64,000 nt of DNA from Rhynchobatus australiae. Taxonomy: Eukaryota. The stretch is taken from assembly GCA_034780895.1 (NCBI GenBank), contig JAUZTB010000001.1, positions 94,487,643 to 94,551,642 of the forward strand, read 5' to 3'. The notes under the pieces were generated by a model. It searched no databases. It was given only the letters and a program-made list of their open reading frames with translations, and was not told where the DNA came from. Both the position numbers and the translations under genes were made by a program. Below, piece after piece: positions 63,400 through 64,000 of the stretch (within the stretch, counting starts at the first letter, position 1; every line of letters begins with the position of its first letter).

Positions 63400-64000
63400 A
63401 TTACATCAACTGCTTTACCATCATTAACTCAGCCACCTCCTCAAAAAAATTCAACAAGGTTGGTCAAACCAGATTTTCCCTAAGCAACTATTAATTGTTA
63501 TGGCTTTTTGCTTTAAGATGCTCTTCTATTCTCTCCTTTCATAGGGATTCCATTGTTTTTTGTGCCACCAATGTTAGATTCATTGGGTTATAATCCATGA
63601 ACATATTCTGTCCCCCATCTGAAGTGTGAGTATTGTGTTAGTTATCCACCAGCCTTCTGGGCCTACAATCTCCAATGAGTTATTAAGCATATGCATAAAT
63701 GCCTCTGCTATATCGTCCCTTGATTCCTTCAAAATTCATGGGGGTGATTCAACCGGACCAAGGGCTTTATACTACTTAAGTTGATTGGTTTATTTAATGA
63801 ATCCCCTTTACCAATGTTAAATGTTTATCTCTTTATGCATGTCCACCTGTTCTGTCTCCCTGGTAAATGCTGAAGCAGAGAAATGATTTAATGTTTCTGC
63901 CATCTCCTTATCATTAACTGTGCTGTTGTCCTGTCTGTTCCTTAATCGCTCTATTCCCATTACAGCCTTCCTTTTTTTATTGATGTGTCTGTAAAGTCTT
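63400..64000 (-). mobile_element. Old CR1 RT fragment
   Basis: Minus strand EMAETLNHFSASAFTRE, KALGPVESPP*ILKE and TNLVEFFEEV. Confidence 0.75.

Noticed and set aside
1-64000. CRISPR arrays, operons, rRNA, viral genes
   Set aside because: Eukaryotic repeat-rich DNA; no repeat-spacer arrays, rRNA or viral signatures were seen.

Overview
Vertebrate genomic DNA with many scaffold N-gaps. The repeat families (HE1/V-SINEs, HER1-type CR1, DeuSINE, Penelope derivatives) point to a cartilaginous fish, probably a ray; this is inferred, not proven. The only host gene I can support is PMVK (phosphomevalonate kinase): a CpG-island promoter and coding exon 1 (43848-43930, + strand, MTAPALLLLFSGKRKSGKDFLTDRIQS-R, phase-2 GT donor). 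I did not find exon 2 in the remaining readable ~20 kb, which is probably intron 1. The rest is mostly decayed transposons: CR1, L2, Rex-Babar, RTE and Tx1/L1 LINE fragments, a Penelope GIY-YIG element, Harbinger remnants (one with both transposase and Myb-like genes), a Tigger-like MITE, SINEs and a decayed tRNA-Ala copy. The most notable hidden structure is a family of ~200-bp fold-back elements built from Penelope terminal repeats. They carry minimal hammerhead-ribozyme motifs, and one copy (10944-10979, - strand) has an intact catalytic core. Several transcription-factor motif clusters are candidate enhancers. All family assignments come from recalled motifs rather than database searches, and repeat boundaries are approximate.
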